Part shown: in pieces, positions 10,070 to 19,951 of the stretch
How positions within the stretch are numbered: position 1 is the first letter of the stretch
Layout: each line of letters starts with the position of its first letter
Origin: a virus
Lineage: Duplodnaviria > Caudoviricetes
Direction: 5' to 3' (one strand)
Virus record (IMG/VR): IMGVR_UViG_3300003962_000013
Coordinates: 1 to 64,000 of that record
Length of the DNA stretch: 64,000 nucleotides
Program-made: the position numbers and the translations under genes
The notes under the pieces: generated by a model
What the model was told of the DNA's origin: nothing
The model's database searches: none
What the model saw: the letters and a program-made list of their open reading frames with translations, nothing else

Positions 10070-10308
10070 TTAGTGTTTTCTAAATTTGGGTTCTTCAAAA
10101 GCCATCCAAAGTCCTAATAATGGGTCAACATTTTTTGGTAATGGATTTTTTAGCGAACTGTTAATATTATCCCTACATAATTGGTTAAATTCTTTTATCC
10201 AATTTATTCCTTGCTCTGCTGTTATTAATTCTTGACTAAGACTTACAACCTCCCTATTGGGAGTTAGGTCTTTAATTTTTTTCTAAAGAATTCTTCTATT
10301 GTTATCAT
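10070..10308 (-). pseudogene. ~79-aa hypothetical gene interrupted by a -1 frameshift in an A7 run
   Basis: MITIEEFFRKK then -1 frame IKDLTPNREVVSLSQELITAEQGINWIKEF...FRKH*; T7 at 10276-10282 (+). Confidence 0.55.
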
Positions 10309-10324
10309 AATATATTTAATAATT

Positions 10325-11236
10325 TTAATTAAAAGTAAAAAATTTATTTACATTCGGGTTTAAGGGAGGAAAATCCCAATTTAAATCTTTATATAGGTTT
10401 TTCAATTTGTTAGCTAATAAAGAATCAAAAATTTCATCTACATCTATATATGTTTTAACAAATTCTTCAATTTCTTGTGGAGTAGTGGCATTTGGTAAAC
10501 CTATAGTTTCTAAATGATAAGGATTTTGTTTTAAATTAATAATAAATAATTTATCTCCTTCAATAATAGATTCATATTTTTTATCTAGTTTCTTAAATTT
10601 AAGTAAATCATTATATCGAACCGCTGCTTTAGTATTTGAAGGAGCTTTTATTCTAAAACTTGAAAACATATCCCCAGCTTTAGCTGGTATTTGATATGCT
10701 TTTATTTGTTTTACTCCTGTAGGTTTACCAAGAGATCTAGGGTCTAAGGTTTTCAATGTTTTGTAAAAATTAACTATATCAGCATCAATTTCTGGTTTTG
10801 GTTTACCAAACAAAATATTTTTGATTAAATCTTCTCCAAATTTTTTAAATAATTTATTCATATTGGACTTCATTAATTCAAGTCCTTTCATGTCTAATTC
10901 TTCAACAGCAACACCTTCTTTGTTAGTAACATACATTGCATAACGACGTTTACCAGTTGTAAGTACCCCTGCACATATTACCTCTTGTTTTAATTGGAAA
11001 TAATGGGTGCCGGGTTTGATGTTGAATAGACGTTTATTTAAACTGTTTAAGTTGTCATTTGATTCGTTTTGGATTTGATTTGCTAATTTTAATATGATCT
11101 CATTTTTATTGGTATCATCAATTTCAATACCTTGAGATTTCATATGATCCAGTAATGGACGTAATCCTATAAAAAGACTATCCGTATCCGAGATTTTAAT
11201 ATGATTTGTTTCCTTTATTTCTGTTTCCGATGTCAT
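10325..11236 (-). CDS. polB: family B DNA polymerase, C-terminal piece (motif C, palm/thumb)
   Basis: ISDTDS, KRRYA, KGLE, C-terminal clamp-binding-like NKFFTF. Confidence 0.9.
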   Translation of the reverse strand: MTSETEIKETNHIKISDTDSLFIGLRPLLDHMKSQGIEIDDTNKNEIILKLANQIQNESNDNLNSLNKRLFNIKPGTHYFQLKQEVICAGVLTTGKRRYAMYVTNKEGVAVEELDMKGLELMKSNMNKLFKKFGEDLIKNILFGKPKPEIDADIVNFYKTLKTLDPRSLGKPTGVKQIKAYQIPAKAGDMFSSFRIKAPSNTKAAVRYNDLLKFKKLDKKYESIIEGDKLFIINLKQNPYHLETIGLPNATTPQEIEEFVKTYIDVDEIFDSLLANKLKNLYKDLNWDFPPLNPNVNKFFTFN

Positions 11237-11963
11237 TTATATAACCGTATTGTTCTGCTATTTCTGTTGTTTTAAATAGTGGTTGTAAATTTGTATAATG
11301 AAAGCATTGTTTTTGTTCTTCTAGTTTAGTTAAGTCAAAGTTTGAACAAGCTTTAATATGATCTATTTCCCATACTATTCCATGGTTTTCCCAAGTCATT
11401 TCAGGTTTAAATTGTTGTTCTAAATATAATTTAAGTTCTTCAATAGAACAATTTACTAATTTAAGTACAGACTTTATTTTATGTCCTTTAATTACAACAC
11501 GATAAAATCTATTTCTTAGAGTAGTTTTAATTTTATATTGAACATCATTGTTGTATCTATTATTTTGGTATGGTCTGTCTCTTTCAGCTATATAACCATA
11601 TTTTAAATTATATTCTTTTACACATTCTATACATTTATTTTGTAAACCATGAGGAGCTTTTTTATCAGGGTAAAATTCTATTTTATTTTTTATTGTAAAA
11701 CATGTATTACATTTTTTTATATTTTTATATTTTTCCTCTAAAAGTAACCATTTATATTCGTATTGTTGAAATGTTTCTTTTAATGTTTTACCTTTACGTT
11801 TTTCTCTAAACCACAATGCCCAACATCCATTACAGTAACCGCTTGATTGTAGTTGTTCAAATTCTTCTACACAACCAGTACATCTTTTTCTTAAACCATC
11901 TTCAGAATATTTTATTAAATCTATATTATGTTTATATTGTTTTCTATTTTTTGTTTTACTCAT
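11196..11963 (-). mobile_element. HNH homing endonuclease between the two polB pieces
   Basis: two CxxC pairs repeated; WEIDHIKA..NLQPL..GNRNK. Confidence 0.88.
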
Positions 11964-12012
11964 AATGTATTGTTTTATTATAAATATACATAGAGTCTGT
12001 CTTTTTCAATAT

Positions 12013-12041
12013 AAAAAAGAGAGCTTGATTTTCCAAGCTCT
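12013..12041 (-). terminator. intrinsic terminator
   Basis: AGAGCTTG-ATTTTC-CAAGCTCT stem followed by a U-run on the minus strand. Confidence 0.75.
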
Positions 12042-12051
12042 TAAATTAAAT

Positions 12052-12414
12052 TTATATATCCATTCCTCCATCAAATGCTAACTGTATATACCATCCATCT
12101 TGGGCTTTAGATACTTCATATACTCCTCCTCTAGAATAAGATTGTCCAGGACCCGAGTAGTTATGCACATTGAATTCTTTTTTAAAATATCTTGCAGCTT
12201 CTTCAGGATAATCAAATTTAGGAACATCATTATATGGTACTATCATATCAAATTCTAAATTCCAACTAGCCTCATTTTCTTCATATTTAATAGACTTTTT
12301 AATAATATATTCTGGAGTGCCATATTCATTAGCTAATTGAATAGGGTCAAAATTTTCGTTTAATACTTTACTTATTTATTCTTTAATAATTTGTTTTAAT
12401 TCAGATTTTTTCAT
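12052..12414 (-). pseudogene. gene with MKKSELKQIIKE(E)I N-terminus, interrupted by in-frame TAA at 12376-12378
   Basis: ATG 12414 is in frame with track ORF 12052..12246; TATACATAT motif at 12429. Confidence 0.65.
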
Positions 12415-12436
12415 AGTTCAATATTTGTTATACATA

Positions 12437-14191
12437 TTATAAATTGAATTTAGATATCAATTCGTCTTTACTTAACTGTAAATATTCATTGTTTATTTTA
12501 TCATTTACAAAATCTATAGTAGACATAGTTAATCTTTGTCCTGAATTAGTAATAGCAGCACTGCAAATTAAATGCCCATCAGTATATCTCCAACCATTAA
12601 TAGCAAATGTACCATACATTGCATTTTGTAAGATTTTAAATGCGTGTTGGAATAAATCGTATAATTTATAATTAGTCCAATCTTCTTCTTTACCTGCTTT
12701 TTTCTTTAATCCCCTATAATGCTCTCGCTTATCAAACCATCCAGCTAATATTTTAGATACAACGCTTTTTTCATCTGTTCTAAATATAGCTCCTGATGAT
12801 GATATAGTATATTCATTTTGTTCTATTAATTCTATTAATTCTTTTAAAGTTATTTTAGCTGATTTTAAAGTATAATTTATTGGGTTTACTTTTTCGATAG
12901 TTACAACTTCATTGGGATTTTTTAATTTTAATTTTTCTAATGAATGATTTTGCTCATATGTTGGATTATCATCTACTTTAATTCGACACACCAATGTTTC
13001 AATACCTAAATTTAATGATTTAATGATTGAAGGATATAGTGAAGTAAAATCCAAATCTATTACATCAAAATATAAACCAGGAATAGGTTCTAATAAATAT
13101 CCTCCAGCATAACTTTCTTTAGTATTTTTTAATATATGATTATGAGTAGTTGGTTTGTTTGGGGAAACAATTCCTTCACGTCTCAAATATTTTAATATGG
13201 CTCCTTCATTCATTACAGTATTATAATAAATACTTTCATAAGGAATATTACAAATATGAGAAATCATAATTGTTAAATTGATAAATTTTAATTTATCTTC
13301 TAAAGCATTAATAATTTCTACATCTCGAAAGTTATATTCTATAAATTTGTGGATATCAGATTCAAATAATGCATTTAAATTACCTTCATATTCAATTTTC
13401 CCCAAATTAACATATTTAGTCCCTATATCTCCTAATTTATATGATGGTTCTTCCTTCATAATATATTTTTTATGAAGAAGCATATAATCCAAATGGTTAA
13501 TCCCACCAATTGTAATTTGCATCTCCCCCATATATTCTCTATAATTAATTTTTCTTATTGGAGATAGACGTAATACATCATCTCCAACAATTTGTTTAAT
13601 TCTAAAGTATAAATAAGGTACGTCAAAGTAAGCACTATTCCATCCTACTATAATTGTTGGATCTAATTCTTCCCATTTATCTAAAAATTTATTTATTAAT
13701 TCTTTTTCAGATCCACATGGAATAATGATTTTTTCATATTCATCTTTTTCATGTGTTTTGTTTATTTTTTTACTTTTATCAGTAATAAAACATATTTTAG
13801 TTTTAGTAGAATCATCTATTAATGCTATTGAAGTTAAAGGCATTGGTGCAGCTTTGATATATTCAGATGTTAATGCTCCACCCATTTCAATCTCAATATC
13901 GAAATATACTATGTTATGCCATTCAGGAACAACATCATCAAATTTATAATATAATTCTCTTAAAACTACTAATTCTTTAGAAATATCTTTTTCTAACAAA
14001 TTAGGATCTTCTTTATTATATTTTTTAGTAGGAATAGCCCACCCCCCAGTTAATACTGGTTGGGCATTTTCTTGCCAAGAATTTACTCTTTTCCAATAAG
14101 TAGGTTGGTATTGAAATTCAGACCAACCCATTTTATCATCTCTTAGATGGTAGGTGTATGTTTGAAAATCATAATAAATTGACTGGTACAC
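12437..14191 (-). CDS. polB: family B DNA polymerase, N-terminal piece (3'-5' exonuclease, motifs A and B)
   Basis: FDIE, GWNSAYFD, YNFRD, DFTSLYPS, KILQNAMYG; GTG start. Confidence 0.93.
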   Translation of the reverse strand: MYQSIYYDFQTYTYHLRDDKMGWSEFQYQPTYWKRVNSWQENAQPVLTGGWAIPTKKYNKEDPNLLEKDISKELVVLRELYYKFDDVVPEWHNIVYFDIEIEMGGALTSEYIKAAPMPLTSIALIDDSTKTKICFITDKSKKINKTHEKDEYEKIIIPCGSEKELINKFLDKWEELDPTIIVGWNSAYFDVPYLYFRIKQIVGDDVLRLSPIRKINYREYMGEMQITIGGINHLDYMLLHKKYIMKEEPSYKLGDIGTKYVNLGKIEYEGNLNALFESDIHKFIEYNFRDVEIINALEDKLKFINLTIMISHICNIPYESIYYNTVMNEGAILKYLRREGIVSPNKPTTHNHILKNTKESYAGGYLLEPIPGLYFDVIDLDFTSLYPSIIKSLNLGIETLVCRIKVDDNPTYEQNHSLEKLKLKNPNEVVTIEKVNPINYTLKSAKITLKELIELIEQNEYTISSSGAIFRTDEKSVVSKILAGWFDKREHYRGLKKKAGKEEDWTNYKLYDLFQHAFKILQNAMYGTFAINGWRYTDGHLICSAAITNSGQRLTMSTIDFVNDKINNEYLQLSKDELISKFNL

Positions 14192-14194
14192 TAC

Positions 14195-14869
14195 TTATAA
14201 AAATTTTTTAAGATTTGGGGCAAAATAATTGATTGATTTTTGGGCTTTTCTATCGCTAGAACGATATACTATCCATTTATCAGCTACTTTTTCATAGTGA
14301 CAATCATAACCTTTTTCTTGGGATCTTACTTTAACAGTTTCAATTGCTTCTTCTTCTGTTGAACAAGATTTAGACATATTTGAAGCTTGTATTTCTTGAA
14401 ATATATCTTCGAATTTATCTTTTAATCCATAAACTAAAATCCCAGCAGAAAGAACATACATTATATCACCAAATGCATCTGCAATACCTACGATATCATC
14501 TTTTTCATATGCTTCTTTATATTCTTCTAATTCTTCAAGAATAAAATCATAAATAAATTTCTTCTCAAATTCAGGAATATCTGTGGTAGGTGTTTCGTTG
14601 TTTAATTTTCCAAAAGTAGTGTTAAATATTTCTACTTCAGAAACAAATGGTACATATTTTTTTTCTTTCATAATTCGCTCTATTGTTTCGTGATTATTTT
14701 CTTTTACTATTCTTATATATTCTTTATTAAAATCATATGGTTCTAAGTTATCCCATGAATCATTAGTAAAACTTATTGTTGTTGGGTTTGGTTCAAAACT
14801 TTTTCCTCTAAGTCGAATTTCTTCCATATATTGGTTAAATTCTTCTTGTGTTTTAATTAATCTGTTCAT
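14195..14869 (-). CDS. MazG-like/PRA-PH nucleoside triphosphate pyrophosphohydrolase
   Basis: EELEEY, IADAFGDIMYV, SNMSK. Confidence 0.85.
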   Translation of the reverse strand: MNRLIKTQEEFNQYMEEIRLRGKSFEPNPTTISFTNDSWDNLEPYDFNKEYIRIVKENNHETIERIMKEKKYVPFVSEVEIFNTTFGKLNNETPTTDIPEFEKKFIYDFILEELEEYKEAYEKDDIVGIADAFGDIMYVLSAGILVYGLKDKFEDIFQEIQASNMSKSCSTEEEAIETVKVRSQEKGYDCHYEKVADKWIVYRSSDRKAQKSINYFAPNLKKFL

Positions 14870-15011
14870 GTATTAATTCTTTTAATCTGTTAATTTCTTC
14901 AATTACATCATCTCCTAATTCAATTTTAGACATCAGTGTTAAATCCATAATTTGTTGTTCATATAAATCAATTAATTCTTGTTGTAATTTGATTATTTCG
15001 TCTTGGTTCAT
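14853..15011 (-). CDS. 52-aa hypothetical protein (not in track)
   Basis: MNQDEIIKLQQELIDLYEQQIMDL...; fills the intergenic gap. Confidence 0.55.
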   Translation of the reverse strand: MNQDEIIKLQQELIDLYEQQIMDLTLMSKIELGDDVIEEINRLKELIHEQIN

Positions 15012-15012
15012 T

Positions 15013-15510
15013 TTATAAAGATGTATTTAATTCAACATATTGAGGTTTTTTAATCCATGGATTTTTAGATAATAAATCTAAATATTCATTCCAAATTTTA
15101 TCTAATCCTTTATTAAAAGATAAGGCTCTTTCTATTTTGTGGTCTTCTCTATCTTTATTATAAAAATATCGAATAGTAGATTCATTACAATTTGTTTTTA
15201 ATATTAAATCGGGAAAAAATAAACTTTCTTGAATACCTTTTCTCAATAATCTAAAACATAATATTCCTTCTACAATAATTGGAATTCGTTTTTGATGAAA
15301 AGGAGTTATATCTCTAATAAAAGCATATAATGATTCTTCAGGATCAACAAATTGATAATCATCTGAAAGGAAAATTTTTCTATTTAATTCTTTAGCTAAT
15401 TTATTTGCTATAGTAATTTTTCCTGTTTTAGTAAAACCACATACTACTATTGTATTCATATTTGAACAATAATTTATTAAATTTGGGGTTACTAAATCTA
15501 ATGGATTCAT
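15013..15510 (-). CDS. P-loop nucleotide-kinase-like protein
   Basis: GFTKTGKIT, IIVEG. Confidence 0.6.
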   Translation of the reverse strand: MNPLDLVTPNLINYCSNMNTIVVCGFTKTGKITIANKLAKELNRKIFLSDDYQFVDPEESLYAFIRDITPFHQKRIPIIVEGILCFRLLRKGIQESLFFPDLILKTNCNESTIRYFYNKDREDHKIERALSFNKGLDKIWNEYLDLLSKNPWIKKPQYVELNTSL

Positions 15511-15982
15511 TAGGTGTTGGATTTTGCTATAACATTATTAAATGTTTCTAATTTTCTTTCTTCTTTATCCAAAAGTCCCTTCCCATATTTCTCTATTCTA
15601 GTTTCGTATCTTTTTTTAACACGTTCTGAAATTGGGATAGGGTTTCCTTCTTCATCAATACGAACAAATTTGATATTGGTATGTAATACTACTTCTTGTT
15701 CTCCTGTATATACATTATGTTTTCTAGCTTCTGTATAAAGAGTAACAGATGTATTTCCAAACTCCTTTACCATGGCATATATCTTAATGATGTTGCCTTC
15801 TTTTACGGGGTTTTGAAAACTAATTCATCTATTTTAATTGTAACCATTTTGGGTGTATCACAAATTTGAGAAGCATAAGCACCCGAACTTTGATCTATTA
15901 AGCCTAAAATAGTACCTCCAAACATGTTGGAATGAACTCCAATATCAGAAACTTTACATATATATGTTGTTACTAATTCCAT
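15510..15982 (-). pseudogene. hotdog-fold acyl-CoA thioesterase, frameshifted (-1) near 15810
   Basis: MELVTTYICKVSDIGVHSNMFGG...DELVFK then -1 frame PVKEGNIIKIYAMVKEFGNTS...FVRIDEEG.P.PI. Confidence 0.75.
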
Positions 15983-16161
15983 TATTTATTATTTTCGTCA
16001 TTTAAATGTAAATAAATTCTCTCAGCAACTAACTTCATCCAAGCTTTAACTCTTTGAGAACTAAAACTATCTTTTAACTGTGGGTCTAAAAGTACTGAGA
16101 GATTTCCTTCTAATTCAGCTTCAATAAATGAAATGAATTCTTTTTTAGAAATCTTTTCCAT
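15982..16161 (-). CDS. 59-aa hypothetical protein (not in track)
   Basis: MEKISKKEFISFIEAELEG...; TAATG coupling to the next gene. Confidence 0.55.
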   Translation of the reverse strand: MEKISKKEFISFIEAELEGNLSVLLDPQLKDSFSSQRVKAWMKLVAERIYLHLNDENNK

Positions 16162-16795
16162 TATAATAATTTTTATTTATATATTCAAATTTACTATTAG
16201 GATCTTTTAATAATAAAAACATTTTTCTTTTACAAATTTTTTCTTTATTCATACATGATTTAACAGATAAATATATTTGATTAGTTTCTTTATTTATAAT
16301 ATGATTACCTTCTTTAGGTCCTGCTCCAACATGGGGAATACCTTTTCCCCCAGCTCCTGGTTTTGGTTTTCCTTTTTGTTTTAGGTCGGGTTTTCCTTTT
16401 CGTTTACTAGGAATACCTGTTTTTCCAATACTAATATTTTTGCAGTGTTCTTTTGTTTTTTTCTTCCCCAATAAAGCATTACTAATTTTTTGTTTGGTTT
16501 TTGAATTTAAGGCCCCTTTTCCTTTTCCCAATTTACAATTCAAACCTTTATTATAATCTAACACATTAAATTTATTCCCCCAATAAATTTCTCGTTCATT
16601 GAGTTGTTCTAAAGAACACTCTTCAATTATTTCAAATATATGGTTTTCAACTCCATATTTTACAAAAGAATTATATAAATAAATTTGTCGTTTACAATTT
16701 AACTTTTTATATTTTCTCAATCTTTCTTTTATATTGACAGATTGTCCTATATAAATTTTACCACTCGGGCTTGTTATTTTATAAATTCCTACCAT
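16145..16795 (-). mobile_element. GIY-YIG homing endonuclease
   Basis: GIYKITSPSGKIYIGQS; paralog of 4914..5486. Confidence 0.9.
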
Positions 16796-16843
16796 ATGTT
16801 TTTTTATTATACATATAATATCCTTTTAACCCGTTTGGGGGTT

Positions 16844-17608
16844 CTATTTAAAACTAGCTAAATCCATTTGAATATATTGGAGAACTTCTTGTTTTGCTGT
16901 TTTATCATGTTCGGCAAACACCCCTGATACTTCACTTGTTACCATAGATGCACCCATGTGTTTTACTCCTCTACAAGAAACACAATTATGTGTAGCATGA
17001 ATAATAACCATCACTCCTTTATTTTCTGTTACTACTTTATTTATACCATTATGAATAGCCATAGTAAGTTGTTCTTGAATAGCTCCTCTGCGGGCAAAAT
17101 GCTCTACGATTCTATTTATTTTGGATAACCCAATAACTTTATTTTCAGGTCCTGGAATATATGCAACATGTACTTTTCCTAATATAGTTTGGTGGTGGTG
17201 AGAACACATACTTACAATAGGAATGTTCATTTCTAAAACAATTCCATTATAATTATCTGATGGGAAAGCGGTAATATCTGAGGGTAGCTCATATCTTCCT
17301 TTCCATAAATCAGTTACAAAAGCTTTAGCTATACGATGAGGAGTTTCCATACTATTAGGATCATTTTCCCAATTCACACCTAATGCGGTTAAAAAATTCC
17401 CAAAATGAAATTCTGCGTTTTTGATGATTTCAGATTTTTCTTCCTTATTTAAGGAGCGATGTTCGCCTTTATCAATTAAAGATTTAAGTTGAGTTGAAAT
17501 TCCATTTGCATTTCCTGCTTCAGTGATTTCTAATTTTTCAATATCAATTTTTTCTCTACGTTTGTTTTCTTTAATTTTCTTTCGATTTTCGTTTGCTTTT
17601 TGTAACAT
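16844..17608 (-). CDS. folE: GTP cyclohydrolase I
   Basis: ETPHR, SMCSHH, GLSKINR, IQEQLT, HNCVSCRG. Confidence 0.95.
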   Translation of the reverse strand: MLQKANENRKKIKENKRREKIDIEKLEITEAGNANGISTQLKSLIDKGEHRSLNKEEKSEIIKNAEFHFGNFLTALGVNWENDPNSMETPHRIAKAFVTDLWKGRYELPSDITAFPSDNYNGIVLEMNIPIVSMCSHHHQTILGKVHVAYIPGPENKVIGLSKINRIVEHFARRGAIQEQLTMAIHNGINKVVTENKGVMVIIHATHNCVSCRGVKHMGASMVTSEVSGVFAEHDKTAKQEVLQYIQMDLASFK

Positions 17609-17613
17609 AAAAT

Positions 17614-18024
17614 TTAATTTTTATTTAATTGATTTAACATATAATTTAATCCATCAACTTCATTATTAAATATTTCTTTATCCAATTGAAGACGAAATTT
17701 TTCAACATAGTGATAAACTATATCAAATAATTCTTTACTAAAAAATTCATCTATTGGAGATTCAATAAATAGTTTATGATTGGTAATTTTGATTTTATTT
17801 TCTTCTAAAACAATAGTATAATCTTTATCAAATGTTTGTAGATATATTGTTCTAGAAAGAGGAGATATTAAAATTAGATTATTTTGATTTGATGATATCT
17901 TAACTAATACATTTTTTATTAATTTTTCATCTACTTGAAGATTTCTTTTATTAGAAGCTTTACCATTAACATAAGCTTTCCATCTATAAAATTTCCATTT
18001 AATCCAAATTTTTAATCTTTTCAT
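17614..18024 (-). CDS. hypothetical protein
   Basis: ORF, operon packing. Confidence 0.65.
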   Translation of the reverse strand: MKRLKIWIKWKFYRWKAYVNGKASNKRNLQVDEKLIKNVLVKISSNQNNLILISPLSRTIYLQTFDKDYTIVLEENKIKITNHKLFIESPIDEFFSKELFDIVYHYVEKFRLQLDKEIFNNEVDGLNYMLNQLNKN

Positions 18025-18139
18025 AACCTTTGTTTATTAAGTATAAAATTTCTTGATAACTTACAATAAATATATTTAAGAAATTTGGGTGAGCCAAACT
18101 TTCTGGGAAAAAGCCTATTATATGAAGTAATTCATGCAT
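17999..18139 (-). CDS. 46-aa small protein (not in track)
   Basis: MHELLHIIGFFPESLAHPNFLNIFIVSYQEIL...; overlaps a promoter-like motif. Confidence 0.4.
   Translation of the reverse strand: MHELLHIIGFFPESLAHPNFLNIFIVSYQEILYLINKGYEKIKNLD
18066..18099 (-). promoter_or_regulatory. Bacteroidota-type sigma promoter
   Basis: TTTGG-N19-TATATTTA on the minus strand. Confidence 0.55.
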
Positions 18140-18143
18140 ATGA

Positions 18144-19019
18144 CTAAACGTTTAAAGTTTTATTCCAAGCTGCAATGTGTAAACGAGTCATTCCAATGAA
18201 TTTATATTTTTTAGCCATCTCCAAACAAAAACGAGTACGTTCTTCAAAATTGGTAGCATCATCTAATCCTGGCATACAAACAACGTTTTTAAGTGGTATA
18301 TTAAATGGTTCTATAAAATCACGGAATATTTCCTTAACATCTTCTTCATTTGAGATAACAAATTTAAATTGATAATTTTCATGAGTCATTATACGTTTAA
18401 TGGCTTCAGGTACTATACGTTGTTTTTCAGTCATACCTGAGTTAGATAGTTTTGGTGAGCAGTTGATTTGGTCAATAATCTCAAATAAAGGTTGTTCAAT
18501 ATAAACAGTACCATTTGTCTCTATTTCATCAAATGGTGTAAAATTTAATCTCACTCCATTTGTAGTATCTGGGTTGGAAAACAGTTTTTGGTATTCTTGA
18601 TTAAACCAATAGCTTCTAAAATTAACAATAGCTTCTTGATGTCCTTTAATTGTAGGTTCACCACCAGTCCAAATAATATGGATAGTACCATTTTTAATAT
18701 CTTCATAAATACCTTGTTCTTTCCATCGATCAATTAAATATTGAAAGTCTTTATTTTCTCCTCTCCATAACCATTGAGATGTTGAATCACAAGTCCAAGT
18801 TGCTTTACCTTCTTTAACTAAATCACCTTCAAATATTTCTCCATCTTCTAGTGATTTTTCTTTAAGTAATTTGTTAGCAAATAATCTACTCATTCCACAA
18901 GTTAAATTACAAGTACCCAAACGTACAAAGTATGATGGAACACCAGTTGTTTTCCCCTCTCCCTGGCAACTGTAAAAATCACTACTAATCAATAATTTGT
19001 TTGTATCTAGCTTGGTCAT
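18144..19019 (-). CDS. queE: 7-carboxy-7-deazaguanine synthase (radical SAM)
   Basis: FYSCQGEG, CNLTC...CDS, TGGEP, ETNGT, CSPKL, RLH. Confidence 0.92.
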   Translation of the reverse strand: MTKLDTNKLLISSDFYSCQGEGKTTGVPSYFVRLGTCNLTCGMSRLFANKLLKEKSLEDGEIFEGDLVKEGKATWTCDSTSQWLWRGENKDFQYLIDRWKEQGIYEDIKNGTIHIIWTGGEPTIKGHQEAIVNFRSYWFNQEYQKLFSNPDTTNGVRLNFTPFDEIETNGTVYIEQPLFEIIDQINCSPKLSNSGMTEKQRIVPEAIKRIMTHENYQFKFVISNEEDVKEIFRDFIEPFNIPLKNVVCMPGLDDATNFEERTRFCLEMAKKYKFIGMTRLHIAAWNKTLNV

Positions 19020-19702
19020 TTCTTTTTATGTTTAAAAGGTTTTTCATTATTTTCTTTTCTACTTCTTTTTATAATATTGTTTTCTTTTAATCTTCTATCT
19101 ATAAAAGCACAACTTTTACTAAAATAAGTAGCTATTCTATTCACACTCCATTTTTCAATATTATATAATTCTAATAATTTATCCAAATATTTTTTATCAA
19201 AATCTAAATCTCTTGCTCCTGAAGTAATGAATTTGTTATATCTTAATTGTTGTGATTCAGAAACTGTTCTTTGAATATCTTTAACTAAATTTTTTATTGT
19301 TCCTCTATCACATTTATATTTTTTACCTAATTCTTTTAATGTTTTACCATTTTTATATAGTTCTCTTATTTCAGTATAATAATCATACCATAAATCTTTT
19401 CTAAAACAATGTTTATTATCACTATATTTTCCTGTTCTATTTATATTATAAGTTTCAGAATTGTTGCAAAATTCTTCAGTTAGTAATTTTCCTTCATAAT
19501 TTTCTGCTTCTTCTCTAGTTTGAAAAATTTTAATTATTTCTTTTTTAAAATTTTCTATACCTTCAATCTCAATTACTTTCTGGATGATAGTTCCACTTCC
19601 CATATATTTATCTAATTCAGGATTTGGGTGAGTTCTAACTCCAATATAAATTTTACTATTTTTTAAATTAATAATTTTATAAACATAATGTTTTGCTTCC
19701 AT
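19016..19702 (-). mobile_element. GIY-YIG (Seg-like) homing endonuclease with HTH repeats
   Basis: YVYKIINLKNSKIYIGVR, YMGSG, YNI. Confidence 0.85.
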
Positions 19703-19754
19703 AATTGTATTTTATTATACATATTATAGAATTTAATTTTTGTCGATTAATCGA

Positions 19755-19946
19755 TTAAAATTCAGGATAAAATTCAATTATTGTTTTATCTTCTAAGGGT
19801 TTTGTTCCTTTATCTAATTTACCTTCACTATGATCTTTGGCTTCTTTATAACGAACAAAAACTCTATCATCAGAAGTTACCTAAATAACATCTAATTGTT
19901 GACCTAAATCAGTTTCGAAAATTTTATTAGCTCCTTCTTGAGTCAT
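19755..19946 (-). pseudogene. 63-codon hypothetical gene with in-frame TAG at 19881-19883
   Basis: MTQEGANKIFETDLGQQLDVI*VTSDDRVFVRY...FYPEF*; fills the gap exactly. Confidence 0.55.
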
Positions 19947-19951
19947 AACTT

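Noticed and set aside
11237-12436. Group I intron or intein explaining the split polB
   Set aside because: The spacer is filled by ORFs, two promoter motifs and a terminator; no P/Q/R/S-like core and no intein C...HN termini are visible
19881-19883. Stop-codon reassignment (TAG read as an amino acid)
   Set aside because: TAG correctly terminates folE, queE, the prohead protease and others, and long genes are intact in code 11
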